Positions 9,365 through 19,489 of a stretch of 64,000 nt of DNA are shown piece after piece. The first letter of the stretch is position 1, and every line of letters starts with the position of its first letter. The translations under genes and the position numbers were made by a program. This DNA is from a virus. The notes below the pieces were generated by a model. The model did not search any database. It was not told the origin of the DNA and was given only the letters and a program-made list of their open reading frames with translations. The DNA lies in the IMG/VR virus record IMGVR_UViG_3300025889_000092, positions 17,808-81,807 of that record. One strand, given 5' to 3'.

Positions 9365-9423
9365 GACGAATTTTTAACGATTAAATAAAGCGATAGAATA
9401 CGTTTATCGCTTGTAGTTAGATC

Positions 9424-10044
9424 GTGGCGCAGTTATCTCCACAAGAACTTGAGCAGATTCAAAGTTATCTGGCTCAACAGGGAGTTGTATTCCAACCGGA
9501 TACTACTGACGCCACTAAACGTGAGGTTGTATATGCTGCGATAAATCAGTTATCCAGAAACCCTGCGCAGGTTTTTGGTTACAGATTAGATGATTTTAAC
9601 TTCAGTCGCGTAGCATATCACCTCGGCTATAACATCGCTACAGTTCCTGCGGGCGATTATGCCCGTTTGATGGAAGCTTGCAACAGCGTCCCCAGCGAGT
9701 TTTACTACGACAAAATCGTTCAGCAAATTGAGCGTTGTGAAGAAGCTGAGCGTTTAACTGAACTTGCAACCGGTCGCGCCACGAGTCGTCAGGAGCTGAT
9801 TCAAGGTGACGTGAGTCGCTCCATCAACATTCAAGACAAACGCGAGACCGCGAAAATCTGGCGGGAGAACTACTTATATGAGTGCGATCGTCTTGCCCAC
9901 ATGCTTTATATTCCTAACTATCGAGACCCCGTGGCAGCTCGGTACCGCTTTGAAAGGAGCGGCGGAGAGTTTATCCAAGCTATACCTGGACCTCCTGATA
10001 CTTCCAGGGCAGATAGGTTATGGTTTAACGCAAATTGGCGATAA
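9424..10044 (+). CDS. Putative head-tail connector / virion protein
   Basis: Helical 206-aa protein downstream of the capsid genes; call is contextual. Confidence 0.4.
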   Translation: MAQLSPQELEQIQSYLAQQGVVFQPDTTDATKREVVYAAINQLSRNPAQVFGYRLDDFNFSRVAYHLGYNIATVPAGDYARLMEACNSVPSEFYYDKIVQQIERCEEAERLTELATGRATSRQELIQGDVSRSINIQDKRETAKIWRENYLYECDRLAHMLYIPNYRDPVAARYRFERSGGEFIQAIPGPPDTSRADRLWFNANWR

Positions 10045-10080
10045 AAGCTATAGTAGTTCTAGGAACTAGATCCATTTGTA

Positions 10081-11682
10081 ATGGCTGGGAAGCAAGGGTT
10101 TTTTAAGGACCTTGAGTCTATTCGTCAGGCTGTAACTACTTACGGTCCTCAGTTTTTAATGGGTCTGGGTGATGCAGGCGAAGCCATAATTCGAAGAGTT
10201 GGCCAGCAAGGTGGTCTCACTCAACCCGCAGCTCGGCAAGTCAGGCCTCCCGCCGCAAGACCGATCCCTACTCGAGCTGTCGAGTCCACTCAACTCCGTC
10301 TTCCCTTAACATCTCGAGAGAGCGGCAGATTTGTCTCTCCCTACGGGCCAAAAATTGACCCTGCGGATATCGATGCTCGGTTGGCGGTGCAGAATCGTCC
10401 AAGCATCATGGACGTTCCTGCCGTCCCACGTCGCTCTGTGCCTGTCCAAGGGCAGACGCAAATGAGCGTCTTCAGCGCTCCTGAGCCTGCGTTCAAGACA
10501 ACCCCTATGCAGGGACCCGTTTCGCGAACTGCCCAGGATCTGTACGCTAATGATCCTGGCACTTATCGCGCAATCGATGAGTTAGCACAACGTGCTTCGA
10601 CCTATTACGGCAAGCCCGTAACTGTTGACGATCTTGTCTCAGAGCGCGGCACCTTGATTCTTCAAGATCTGCAACGAGGTCAGGCTTTAGCTCCTCGTAC
10701 TCCCGGAGGCATGATCCCTCGTGGTCCTGGAGGAGCTGTCATGGAAGGCACCCCCGGCGGACGCATCACCCAATATCAGAGGGGTGCCATGACAAAGGAT
10801 ATGGGTGATGCTGGACGAGCATACCAAGGCGAACCCATCATCGATGTCGACGTTCGTGAGATCCAGAACGCTGCAGGCGGTCTCCGTACTCTTGACCTCA
10901 AAAAAATCGCTGCGCTGAGCGCGTTGGCAGGTCTGGGCGGGGTAGGCCTCGCTTCTCGACAGGGTCAACCCGATTTTGTTCCTGCCGATCGACGGAGCGC
11001 TATTGAAGGAGCTTTTGATCGGGAGCCTGATGTCGACGCAGATCGTTCCGGTCGCTATGTCGGAGAAAACTTCCCCGGCCCTGGGGCGGCTGCTGGACTG
11101 AATCAAGGAGCCGTCACGATTGGAGCTGGTTCGATCCCGATTGTCACTTCTCGAGGTCGTGCTCGTGACGAAGCCCTCAACGAAGCGATGCAGAATATTC
11201 AGCGACCCTCCGGTTTGACCAAACAACAAGCTGATTTGGCTCGTTATTACCAGCAACGCGAGGCGTACGCTCAGCACCCCACCACTAAGGCTCAGATTCT
11301 TGCAGATTTTGCAGCCCTTGGGGAGCGCTACGCTCAAGCTGATATGGCAGCGTGGGCTAGTAAAAACCCTGAGTTGGCTTACGAACTGACTCAGAAAATG
11401 AAGGGCAAACTGCCTAGCCAGCAAATGCCTCAAGCTCAGCAGATTGGCGCACCCACCGCTGAGATCGGTTCAGACGCTGGCCGGACTCTTGCAGGCAATG
11501 TCGATATGGCTGGGCAGGTCGCAGTAACGGACGCTATGGCTAATGCTGGTGCCCGAGACCTTCAACAAGCAACTACTCCCCGCATGCCTGTTCAGATCGG
11601 TAACCCCGGTCCTTATCCAGTTGGGACCGGCAACCCCGGCTACAACATGTACGGGTACCCCTTAATTAATCCCTACAACTGA
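10081..11682 (+). CDS. Putative internal virion protein
   Basis: 533 aa, A/G/Q/P-rich with one hydrophobic segment. Confidence 0.45.
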   Translation: MAGKQGFFKDLESIRQAVTTYGPQFLMGLGDAGEAIIRRVGQQGGLTQPAARQVRPPAARPIPTRAVESTQLRLPLTSRESGRFVSPYGPKIDPADIDARLAVQNRPSIMDVPAVPRRSVPVQGQTQMSVFSAPEPAFKTTPMQGPVSRTAQDLYANDPGTYRAIDELAQRASTYYGKPVTVDDLVSERGTLILQDLQRGQALAPRTPGGMIPRGPGGAVMEGTPGGRITQYQRGAMTKDMGDAGRAYQGEPIIDVDVREIQNAAGGLRTLDLKKIAALSALAGLGGVGLASRQGQPDFVPADRRSAIEGAFDREPDVDADRSGRYVGENFPGPGAAAGLNQGAVTIGAGSIPIVTSRGRARDEALNEAMQNIQRPSGLTKQQADLARYYQQREAYAQHPTTKAQILADFAALGERYAQADMAAWASKNPELAYELTQKMKGKLPSQQMPQAQQIGAPTAEIGSDAGRTLAGNVDMAGQVAVTDAMANAGARDLQQATTPRMPVQIGNPGPYPVGTGNPGYNMYGYPLINPYN

Positions 11683-12089
11683 TGCCTTACCAAGATATCC
11701 CAGGGTACGACCAGTATCCTTCTAGCGTTTCTCCGAAGGTTGTTCCCGACTCTTCGTATTGGGGTGGGGACCCCACTTTCACTAACCCCTCCTGGGGAAA
11801 TCCAACACCATACAACTTTAAAAGTAACTTCCAGCAACCTTCTATCTGGGACGCTCTGAAACAAGGCCTGTATGAAGGATTAACTCGAGGCATATCTGGA
11901 GGCCTCGGTACCGATCCTTATGGTCGAAATCCTTTCTCCGGGTATGTTCCGGAAGCTGGCCGCATGGCCGGAGACAACCAACGGGCTATTGGCGCTCTTC
12001 CTGATATCCTTAAATACGATGTCCAGCGTTTGCTAAACCCGAAACTGCAGGTACGTCCTACCTCGATTTATTCTGGTTTCCTTCGCTAA
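11682..12089 (+). CDS. Hypothetical protein with internal RMAGD tag
   Basis: TGATG coupling to the upstream gene. Confidence 0.6.
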   Translation: MPYQDIPGYDQYPSSVSPKVVPDSSYWGGDPTFTNPSWGNPTPYNFKSNFQQPSIWDALKQGLYEGLTRGISGGLGTDPYGRNPFSGYVPEAGRMAGDNQRAIGALPDILKYDVQRLLNPKLQVRPTSIYSGFLR

Positions 12090-12146
12090 TACTCTTAGCG
12101 AAATTTACGGTAACATACAGTAAGACCGGTCAATTAAGAGAAAACT

Positions 12147-12701
12147 GTGGCGTCTACTTCGACTAATAAGCAGCCCTGTCTGATTGACCGCCCATTCCTT
12201 CGCGGCGCACGGATCACCAGTTCCACTGGTACCTGTGATCCCACGAACCCTAATCTGACTGACTTAATCCAGCTAGTCCGAGTCGGTGATCTTCCTTCTG
12301 AAGACGCCGCTCTTGTTGAAGATATTACGATCGTCAGCAACGAAGATTATCCCGACAACTCTGGTATTCGGACCTGTGATATTGGTCTGTATGTGTATGC
12401 CCCCAACCAGTCTGCTCCCTCCACCTCAGCTGGTCTGATGGTCGGTCGGGTCGAGGTTGGTTTAAGTGGTGCAACTTTCGGTTACCCTCAGCAGATTCAA
12501 CTCTTCGCTGTTAACGCCCCCGTCCCCGCTGTGGGTGACACTGCCCTTCTGACCCCTATTCAGATTGGTAAAGGCGAAGGTCTTTACCTTGAAAAAGGTT
12601 ATATCTTGTGTGCGGGTTACATTGGTAATGGCCCGACCTCTGTTAGCGGTGGCCTTAGTCCTTCCGGCATCACGATCTGGGCGCAGGGCGGCTTCTATTA
12701 A
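12147..12701 (+). CDS. Putative virion structural protein
   Basis: MASTSTNKQP start, AQGGFY end; beta-rich composition. Confidence 0.55.
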   Translation: MASTSTNKQPCLIDRPFLRGARITSSTGTCDPTNPNLTDLIQLVRVGDLPSEDAALVEDITIVSNEDYPDNSGIRTCDIGLYVYAPNQSAPSTSAGLMVGRVEVGLSGATFGYPQQIQLFAVNAPVPAVGDTALLTPIQIGKGEGLYLEKGYILCAGYIGNGPTSVSGGLSPSGITIWAQGGFY

Positions 12702-12703
12702 TC

Positions 12704-14239
12704 GTGGGACGGACAAAGAGACCAGACGATTTTGGTTTCAAGTCTTTTAACAAAACTGATAGTTTCAAAGCCCCAAAAACCATAAGGGGCTCTGACAACC
12801 CTAAGGAGCTTCTTGAAGTCTTACCCTTCAAGAGGCGCTTCCGACCGCCGACGCAATCGAAGGAAAGATTTCTTCAAAGTGATTACGATTATGCGTCGCT
12901 CTGGTGCCGCTGGAGGCGTGGTTACGAGCTTGCGATGTACTCGCAGCAAGCTTATGACGGACTGAATTATTCATTCAAGTACTACCCAGTCGGAACTCCA
13001 GGGGTGGGAGTTTTCCTTCCTGGGGCTTGTTTTATGTACCCCACGACCCGCTCCGACATGCGGATGTGGATGGTTGGAGTTCGTCCTAGAGACTCATTTA
13101 ACTTCTTGAGTTTCGGTTACGCAATTGAGTCCGTAACCGCTTATAACTCCACCACCTACGCAGTCAAACTGAACACCCGTTTCGGAGCGCCCATATCCTT
13201 CTTCACGGGAGAAGTTGTCTCTAACAGGTTTAATTCAGATGGTTCTGAAAAAGCTTACGGGTACAACAATTACACAGTCACCGCCGTGGGATTCGATGGC
13301 GTCCCACTTCCGCCAGCTTACGCGCCAATTTTTAATACCCTTTTTATCTCGGTAGCTCAGGCAAATAGCTGGTCAGTTGTTGACCGAAATACTTTGGCTG
13401 CTCCAGCCAGTGGTCCGCCAGCTGTAGGCGAATACTTTGCCACTGAGATGAGAGCTCAGTGTACGTGCCCCGACTTCTTGAATCGTGAAGGGTACAACCT
13501 TTGGAATTCAAACCTTAAAAACCGCTATCCCACTTCAAGCATCTGGAACGTTGATCCTGCAACGTATGACGCCGGTCCAGACGCTTCTGTACGTCCTTTA
13601 CCAAGCCCCGATGATCCTGGCTACACACGAACGTTTGGCTTTATTTATCTGAATCAGATTTACAACATCCCTGAGTACCAGTACAACAACACTTACTCAG
13701 ACCCAAATCTTTACTACTACCAACCCAAGTGGTGTAAGCACATCTACGCCGCTATGTGGGATATGTACCTGAAGTATGGGCAGCAAGAATCAACGTCTCA
13801 GTGGATTCTTCATCAGCCGAACGACGAGCCGATGAATGAGTACTACCGGGAACGATTCGAAATCGATTTGAAAAAACAAACTGACTTCCTAAAGAGGGAA
13901 AAAGACCTCGTTTGGTGGCAGCGTTACAGCCCCCAGATTAATGGAATGCCTAACCGCATGATGCAGCCGGATATGTACAACATGATGGGTAAGACCCTGA
14001 ACTCTGGCGATCTGGATTCGTTAAATACGCTTGTAGCTACATCATTCGAAATGTTTACGTTTGATGAATATAATCCGTTTGATCCTGTTGAGCTTCAAAA
14101 TCTTGATGTATACGATGGGGGAACGTATGCTTATGGCTCACCCGTCCTTTCCCCTGTCAACATCCTTGACGGCTCCGTGTACGCCAATGGAACTCAGGGA
14201 CCTGTAACCTCCTATGCCCTTAACGGGGGTATTTACTAA
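12704..14239 (+). CDS. Protein with split SWIM-type zinc finger
   Basis: AQCTCPDF ... WCKHIYAA motifs. Confidence 0.55.
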   Translation: MGRTKRPDDFGFKSFNKTDSFKAPKTIRGSDNPKELLEVLPFKRRFRPPTQSKERFLQSDYDYASLWCRWRRGYELAMYSQQAYDGLNYSFKYYPVGTPGVGVFLPGACFMYPTTRSDMRMWMVGVRPRDSFNFLSFGYAIESVTAYNSTTYAVKLNTRFGAPISFFTGEVVSNRFNSDGSEKAYGYNNYTVTAVGFDGVPLPPAYAPIFNTLFISVAQANSWSVVDRNTLAAPASGPPAVGEYFATEMRAQCTCPDFLNREGYNLWNSNLKNRYPTSSIWNVDPATYDAGPDASVRPLPSPDDPGYTRTFGFIYLNQIYNIPEYQYNNTYSDPNLYYYQPKWCKHIYAAMWDMYLKYGQQESTSQWILHQPNDEPMNEYYRERFEIDLKKQTDFLKREKDLVWWQRYSPQINGMPNRMMQPDMYNMMGKTLNSGDLDSLNTLVATSFEMFTFDEYNPFDPVELQNLDVYDGGTYAYGSPVLSPVNILDGSVYANGTQGPVTSYALNGGIY

Positions 14240-14853
14240 TGACATCAACACCTGTTGTCTTTCTTTTAAAGCGTTCGGGTATTTCTTCCGACCGTCCCAG
14301 CGGTACGATCCTGCAAGCAGGTGAACCTGCTATGTGTTTTGGCGGGGCAGATCCCGGCCTTTATTTTGAAGATTCGGCTGGAGATGTCCGTAAGATCGGG
14401 CCTTCGGCTTATGGTACGACTGCGCCTAACTCAACTCCCGCAGGTCTCGCTGGCAACTCCGTAGGGGAACTTTGGACGGATAGCAGCGGACCGAATTATT
14501 ACTTAAAAGTTTGGACTGGAGGAGCGTGGCAGAAGGTTGGTGCTGGTTTTGCTGACAGCAGTACCACGGCGGGTTCTGCCACAACTGCGAATACAGCTAA
14601 TTTTGCTTCCGCTTCTGCGATTGCGTCTGGAGCAATAGTCGCGTCCGGGGCAATAGTCGCATCCGGAGCAATCGTTGCGTCTGGAGCAATTTTGGCTTCA
14701 GGAGCTGTTCAGACCTGTGCGATTGTCATCAGCGGTTTACCCGCTGTAGCCACAAGCCTCTCCGGCTCCCTTGTTTACCAAATCCAAAGCTCTGGTACAA
14801 CGCCCAGCGGTCTGTTTGTTCGGGTACTAGACGGTTGGGCGTTTACTAACTAA
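14239..14853 (+). CDS. Tail/fibre adaptor-like protein with ASGAIV repeats
   Basis: LLKRSG...LQAGE...LYFED N-terminus typical of phage fibre anchors; GELWTDS..LKVW. Confidence 0.6.
   Translation: MTSTPVVFLLKRSGISSDRPSGTILQAGEPAMCFGGADPGLYFEDSAGDVRKIGPSAYGTTAPNSTPAGLAGNSVGELWTDSSGPNYYLKVWTGGAWQKVGAGFADSSTTAGSATTANTANFASASAIASGAIVASGAIVASGAIVASGAILASGAVQTCAIVISGLPAVATSLSGSLVYQIQSSGTTPSGLFVRVLDGWAFTN
14623..14712 (+). repeat. Five 18-bp units encoding ASGA(I/V)x
   Basis: gcgtctggagcaatagtc-like tandem units. Confidence 0.85.
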
Positions 14854-15386
14854 CCCCGAAGCGTGGCTTTTAGGAACCAAGCCGCTTTGAACGACGCTCC
14901 GACATATTCGGCTAGGTAGTTCTCGATGTCAGGAGCGTCTACTTCTTTTGCGACTTTTTGCATATCCTTAGCCATCATTCCAGCTTTCTCGAGGTTGTTC
15001 AGGTAGGTCGTCAGCATGTCCCGCATTTCGTAGGACTTGACGTGCTTAAAGGATTTGTACGCCTGCTGCAGACCGCGAGCACACATCGGCATAAAAAAGT
15101 CTAAGGTCCGCACGAACTCCGACAGAGCGTCGAACTGCTCGATGTGGAGTTCGTACTGACCCTTTAAGTACTCGTGGATAGGCAGGAAAATAGGACCTTC
15201 AATGTTTAAGTGGATTAAATGTGATTGGGTGTACAACTGGTTTGTATACGAAGCAAGGCCCACGAGCTGAGAAGAAAGCTCCTCAACCGTAGGCCTAGCC
15301 ACCATCTCGGGAACTTCGGTGACGATTGTCTCTACCTGTTCGACTACAGGAATCGGACGATCAGCAAAAGTTTCCGAGTAAGTCAT
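14850..15386 (-). CDS. dps: Dps / ferritin-like protein
   Basis: HLIHLNIEGPIFLPIHEYL..QY......DALSE ferroxidase signature; AWFL C-terminus. Confidence 0.85.
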   Translation of the reverse strand: MTYSETFADRPIPVVEQVETIVTEVPEMVARPTVEELSSQLVGLASYTNQLYTQSHLIHLNIEGPIFLPIHEYLKGQYELHIEQFDALSEFVRTLDFFMPMCARGLQQAYKSFKHVKSYEMRDMLTTYLNNLEKAGMMAKDMQKVAKEVDAPDIENYLAEYVGASFKAAWFLKATLRG

Positions 15387-15387
15387 A

Positions 15388-15657
15388 TCAGAAAGGGCAA
15401 GCTGCGGTGCTCAGCTGTTGAACTTCCTCTTCCACTTTAACTGTAGAAGAACTACGAAGATACTCTTCAAGAGCGTTACGGTTTACGCGATAAAGAGACT
15501 TTGCGCCGTTGGGCTGAAGATTCACGTACACGGACTTAGGCCAGCCACCGGGTTGGTTAGCTTCAGACAAAGCGATGCGCTTCCGCACAAAACCAGAACT
15601 GCAGTTCAGAAGTTCAGCCGTTTCCGCGATAGTAAGAAGAGTCTTACTTTCCGACAT
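15388..15657 (-). CDS. Excisionase/MerR-like HTH protein
   Basis: LLTIAETAELLNCSSGFVRKRI. Confidence 0.75.
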   Translation of the reverse strand: MSESKTLLTIAETAELLNCSSGFVRKRIALSEANQPGGWPKSVYVNLQPNGAKSLYRVNRNALEEYLRSSSTVKVEEEVQQLSTAACPF

Positions 15658-15785
15658 TGTATATGCGGGAAATGAGTTACGGCTCTATGTTACATACGTT
15701 TCTTGTGTGCGCAACACAAGCTTCTTCTACCTCACAACTTCTTTATTATTCGGATGCTACTATTAAGGTGAGACTCGTGACCAAC

Positions 15786-16031
15786 ATGATTCGACTTGCC
15801 GGAGAAGTCTTTAAGTCATACAACAAACCAAAAAGAGACATCCAGGGAGGTAAACAGTTCGCTGTGGCCGCTAAAGAAGATGGTGAAGTTCGGTTAGTTC
15901 GTTTTGGAGATGCGAATATGGAAAACAAAAGTGACGACCCCGAACGCCGCAAGAACTTTAGAGCACGTCATAATTGTGATGAGCCCAAGAGTAAATTAAC
16001 AGCTGGATATTGGAGCTGTAAGGCTTGGTAA
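15786..16031 (+). CDS. Small basic phage protein with N-terminal RLAGE tag
   Basis: Likely start ATG 15786; VRFGDANM, RRKNFRARHNC, AGYWSCKAW motifs of a widespread phage family. Confidence 0.75.
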   Translation: MIRLAGEVFKSYNKPKRDIQGGKQFAVAAKEDGEVRLVRFGDANMENKSDDPERRKNFRARHNCDEPKSKLTAGYWSCKAW

Positions 16032-16116
16032 ACCGATTACTTAATAAAAGCTGTAAGTCATAAGCCCAACGAAAATTTCCGCTAGAGGTAGACTTTAAAT
16101 ATGCAGCTCTCTAACT

Positions 16117-16368
16117 ATGGGCTCCCGGAAGTCCGATGACGCTCAGAACGTCTCGTGCGGCTTAACTTTAGAAGACGAATTCGTTTTAACACGAATACGA
16201 GTCAAAGCTCACTCACTCAAGAATAAAGAAAGAGATCAGTATCTTTGGGAGACCGTTTTTAAGTTAGTTTGTCGCGAAAGAGCTTATAAGACGGTAATGA
16301 ATGAAGTAGGAATCGCTGTGGACACTAACATGGATCTTTTTGATGATGTTCTTGAAGACCAAGATTAA
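16117..16368 (+). CDS. nblA: NblA-like phycobilisome degradation adaptor
   Basis: LTLEDEF...YL.......LVCRERAY fits the NblA register LSLEQQF...FL......MVVREATY without gaps. Confidence 0.6.
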   Translation: MGSRKSDDAQNVSCGLTLEDEFVLTRIRVKAHSLKNKERDQYLWETVFKLVCRERAYKTVMNEVGIAVDTNMDLFDDVLEDQD

Positions 16369-16410
16369 TTGAGTTTAAACTATAAGTAAGTAACCGAAGT
16401 ACGCGTAGCA

Positions 16411-17538
16411 ATGAGCGAACGGCAGATACTCGAGCAGTTTCGTTCGACTCCTGAAGGCCAACGTCTGCTTCAGGCTATCCGTTTTGCTGAGGGGACCTCT
16501 GGACCTCAGGGGTACCGCACCATGTTTGGTGGCGGCACATTTTCAGATCTAAGTAGGCACCCAGATCGAGTTATATCCGCTGGCGGTTACAACAGTGCAG
16601 CTGCTGGCGCATACCAATTTATGCCTGGGACATGGAATCAACAGGCATCGAAGCTTGGGCTGTCGAGTTTTGGTCCTTACGAGCAAGATATAGCCGCTCT
16701 TGGTTTAGCTAGAGATCGGTTGATGCCTCTTGGAGGTTTATCAGTCTTAAAGACGGAGGGTTTAAGTCCGCGTGTATCAGCCGCACTTGCTCCTGAATGG
16801 GCGTCCTTCCCGACTCTTTCAGGTAAAAGCTATTACGGTCAGCCTGTAAAATCTCTTCAACAGATTCAAAGTGTGTATGGCGGTGAGGTTCGGAACGCCG
16901 CAGCTCCTGGTTCTCCAGCTGCAGCACCGGCTCAAAGAGACTTCAAGTCTGAAATGGCCGGTATTCTGTTCAAATATTTAGGTAATCGCAATCAAGCTTC
17001 TGATCCCTACTCCACTTTGATAAGTTCAAACGCAACTGCAGACTTATTAGAGCAAGAAGGGACTCTCGAAGCTCTTGAGAAAGCTGACGAACTACGCTCA
17101 GCGGGACTTATGAAGGCTTTTGAAAGTTCCTCTACTTCAGACGATTACTCAAAACTAGCTTCAGATTTACTTTCGGTTGTCCAGCAACGAGAGCTTGGTC
17201 AAGCAACGGCTAGCTCCACATCGCCTGGTTCACTTAGTGTAGTTCAATACATCACAGGTGATCCTCAACATCCAAACTTTGTGTCCGACCACGGTGGTTC
17301 TAATTATCACGACCATTTGGAATTTCCTACGGTCGAGCAAGCAAGAGTTGCTGCCGCAAAGTTAAACCAGGCTGGAATTAAAACCACGGAACTTAAAGGT
17401 ATCAACCCCGTGGGACAACACACAGCCGGGTCGGCCCACTATCGCGGCGTGGCCTTTGACGTTCCTGGGGCACAAGTTCCAGTTGGCCAGGAAAGGCAGC
17501 TTTCTTCTCGGGTCAGGAACGTTCTTGGTTTCGGGTAA
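16411..17538 (+). CDS. Virion-associated lysin: lambda-R/GH104-like muramidase plus LAS/M15-like peptidase domain
   Basis: IRFAEGT, AAGAYQFMPGTW, EQDIAA, EWASFP, YYGQP; C-terminal YHDHLEF and SAHYRGVAFD. Confidence 0.8.
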   Translation: MSERQILEQFRSTPEGQRLLQAIRFAEGTSGPQGYRTMFGGGTFSDLSRHPDRVISAGGYNSAAAGAYQFMPGTWNQQASKLGLSSFGPYEQDIAALGLARDRLMPLGGLSVLKTEGLSPRVSAALAPEWASFPTLSGKSYYGQPVKSLQQIQSVYGGEVRNAAAPGSPAAAPAQRDFKSEMAGILFKYLGNRNQASDPYSTLISSNATADLLEQEGTLEALEKADELRSAGLMKAFESSSTSDDYSKLASDLLSVVQQRELGQATASSTSPGSLSVVQYITGDPQHPNFVSDHGGSNYHDHLEFPTVEQARVAAAKLNQAGIKTTELKGINPVGQHTAGSAHYRGVAFDVPGAQVPVGQERQLSSRVRNVLGFG

Positions 17539-17608
17539 TTTCTTAGATGAGTTCGATTGATGTCTAAAACATCTACTAAACTAGAATGAAGAAAGATTAG
17601 AGCTAAAA

Positions 17609-18250
17609 ATGTCCGTTCCGCCAATTGACTGGGGCAAAGTTTTAACACCCGCCGCGACCAGTCTTGGCACAGGGCTTGGCGGATTTCTCGGAGGCAAACT
17701 TGGACAGGCTGTTGGCCTGACTCCTACCAGCTATCAAAGTGGGGTCACCCAAACAGCGATCAACGATCAAATAGAAAATATCAAAAAGTTAACCGAAGAA
17801 ATCCAAGCTCGCGCTGAGTACTATCGCGGTTTGGGTGAGCAGGCAACCGCAGACCTCGGAAAGATTTCAGGGATTTCAATTCCTGAGTACCGCACATCGG
17901 CGCTTGATCAATTTAATCAAGGTGTGGCCGCTGAACGAGCCCTGGGTCAAAGCACCCTGCAAAATTACGACCCCAATCTCTTACGTTCTGCAGCCGGTGG
18001 ACGTTTTCGGTCTGCGCTCTCCTCTTCGGCTGATGACTACCGAAGGGCTATCGGATCTTTAAGTAGCGAAGGATCCCAACGCTTTTTAACCGCAGCAACC
18101 GCTGTTCCCGTAGCAGCATTCAAGTCGATAGCCGACGATCGAGATTTCAATAATCTCCTCAATCCGGAATTCATGTCTCAAGCCACGAACCCCATGACCG
18201 TTAGTATGGATCTAACTAAATACAAGCCCTACATGACATATAATGTCTGA
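17609..18250 (+). CDS. Putative internal virion protein
   Basis: N-terminal glycine zipper (GTGLGGFLGGKLG) followed by coiled coil. Confidence 0.45.
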   Translation: MSVPPIDWGKVLTPAATSLGTGLGGFLGGKLGQAVGLTPTSYQSGVTQTAINDQIENIKKLTEEIQARAEYYRGLGEQATADLGKISGISIPEYRTSALDQFNQGVAAERALGQSTLQNYDPNLLRSAAGGRFRSALSSSADDYRRAIGSLSSEGSQRFLTAATAVPVAAFKSIADDRDFNNLLNPEFMSQATNPMTVSMDLTKYKPYMTYNV

Positions 18251-18548
18251 TCAGATTAGGGAACTTCCTCACGAAAGGAAACTTAGGTTTCATGGTGAGG
18301 CAGGTTTTGCTAAACATACTTATAGATTTCGCTCTAGACCCGACATCCGGTTTGCTGGAAAAGTTTGGTCTGAGAGTGAATTAGATAGGAGTCGTCGTCT
18401 AGCTCGCACACGCGACACTCGAAAGATGACGGAAACCCCCGTGGGACCAGGGTTTGGTACTAGAGATAATGTCGAGCCGGATAACACACCTGCATCGGTT
18501 GAGTTTCTCAACAAAAAACTCGACCAAATGAGCTATAAAGATCGATAA
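18243..18548 (+). CDS. Hypothetical basic protein with internal RFAGK tag
   Basis: ORF track; overlaps the upstream stop. Confidence 0.6.
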   Translation: MSDQIRELPHERKLRFHGEAGFAKHTYRFRSRPDIRFAGKVWSESELDRSRRLARTRDTRKMTETPVGPGFGTRDNVEPDNTPASVEFLNKKLDQMSYKDR

Positions 18549-19086
18549 AATCTCCGATCCTCTTGTCTGTATTTAAGGAAGATGGAAAGTAATACACAAA
18601 ACCAAAACATCTTGTTCTACCAAGTTTTGGTAAACCTGGAGCATCTATAAACAGCTCAGGTCTTTCTTTTGCGATACACAAAGGAAGGTCTAAACCTATT
18701 TTCTGAGTAGTCAAAAGAGCTACTTCGGAAGAAGTTAAAAATACGATTGCTTCGTCAAACTCGTTTTTTCTATATTTGGACAGGCAAGTTTCTAACCAAA
18801 CTCGCTGAGCAGATCTATGAAATCTTTTTCTCTTTTTAAATATGTAAGGATCTTTTGGTTGTTCGTCATTATTTAGAAAATCGCGTGGGGGATAGAGGTA
18901 AACAGACTTACCTTTCCAATTCTGTCTAAGTCCGTCTGTTTCTCGGGTAAAAAATCTATTGGCATTTATAAGCGTATTTGCTCGTTCACTTGATGCGGGA
19001 TCGAGATCGATTTCACCTCCGAAAAAGGAAGTCGTCAAACCTATGAGTTCCGGAGGTGAAACAAAATCAATCTGAGCTAGCGGCAT
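18508..19086 (-). CDS. Phage Dam-type N6-adenine methyltransferase homologue with altered catalytic motif
   Basis: IDLDPAS...FFT..DGL.Q.W.G.VYLYPPR (canonical VxxNPPY). Confidence 0.7.
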   Translation of the reverse strand: MPLAQIDFVSPPELIGLTTSFFGGEIDLDPASSERANTLINANRFFTRETDGLRQNWKGKSVYLYPPRDFLNNDEQPKDPYIFKKRKRFHRSAQRVWLETCLSKYRKNEFDEAIVFLTSSEVALLTTQKIGLDLPLCIAKERPELFIDAPGLPKLGRTRCFGFVYYFPSSLNTDKRIGDFIDLYSSFGRVFC

Positions 19087-19489
19087 CAGAGGTTTTATTC
19101 AAAAGTTCGTCAGCGGCATCGAGATCAATTAGGTGGACACTCATGCCTTTCTGATCGACCATAACAACGATAGGTTTATTGTTATCGCCTTCCTTGTCGA
19201 CTACTGAAAGAAGTTTACGTAAAAATGCTGCGAGATCTTCATCCATTATCTCCTCAGCCAGTGCGATATCCGTTTGGATATCAGTGACGCTCATGTATTG
19301 ACTGTAGTCAGGGTTAGAAGGATTAAAAAATAAGGCTCCTTTACCCTCAGCTTTTTTAAACTCATCGTAGAGCGTAACAATATCACCGATAATCATTTTC
19401 ACGGTGTTGAGCGCGATTCGATTTTGAACCTCGCTCTTACCAAACAATTTCTTGGCTAAGCCAGAAGCAGTGTTCTTGAAACTACCCAT
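19067..19489 (-). CDS. Hypothetical protein
   Basis: ORF track; overlaps neighbouring genes in an operon. Confidence 0.7.
   Translation of the reverse strand: MGSFKNTASGLAKKLFGKSEVQNRIALNTVKMIIGDIVTLYDEFKKAEGKGALFFNPSNPDYSQYMSVTDIQTDIALAEEIMDEDLAAFLRKLLSVVDKEGDNNKPIVVMVDQKGMSVHLIDLDAADELLNKTSDAASSD

Noticed and set aside
15388-15657. Excisionase implying lysogeny
   Set aside because: No integrase or att site visible; the HTH is more likely a regulator
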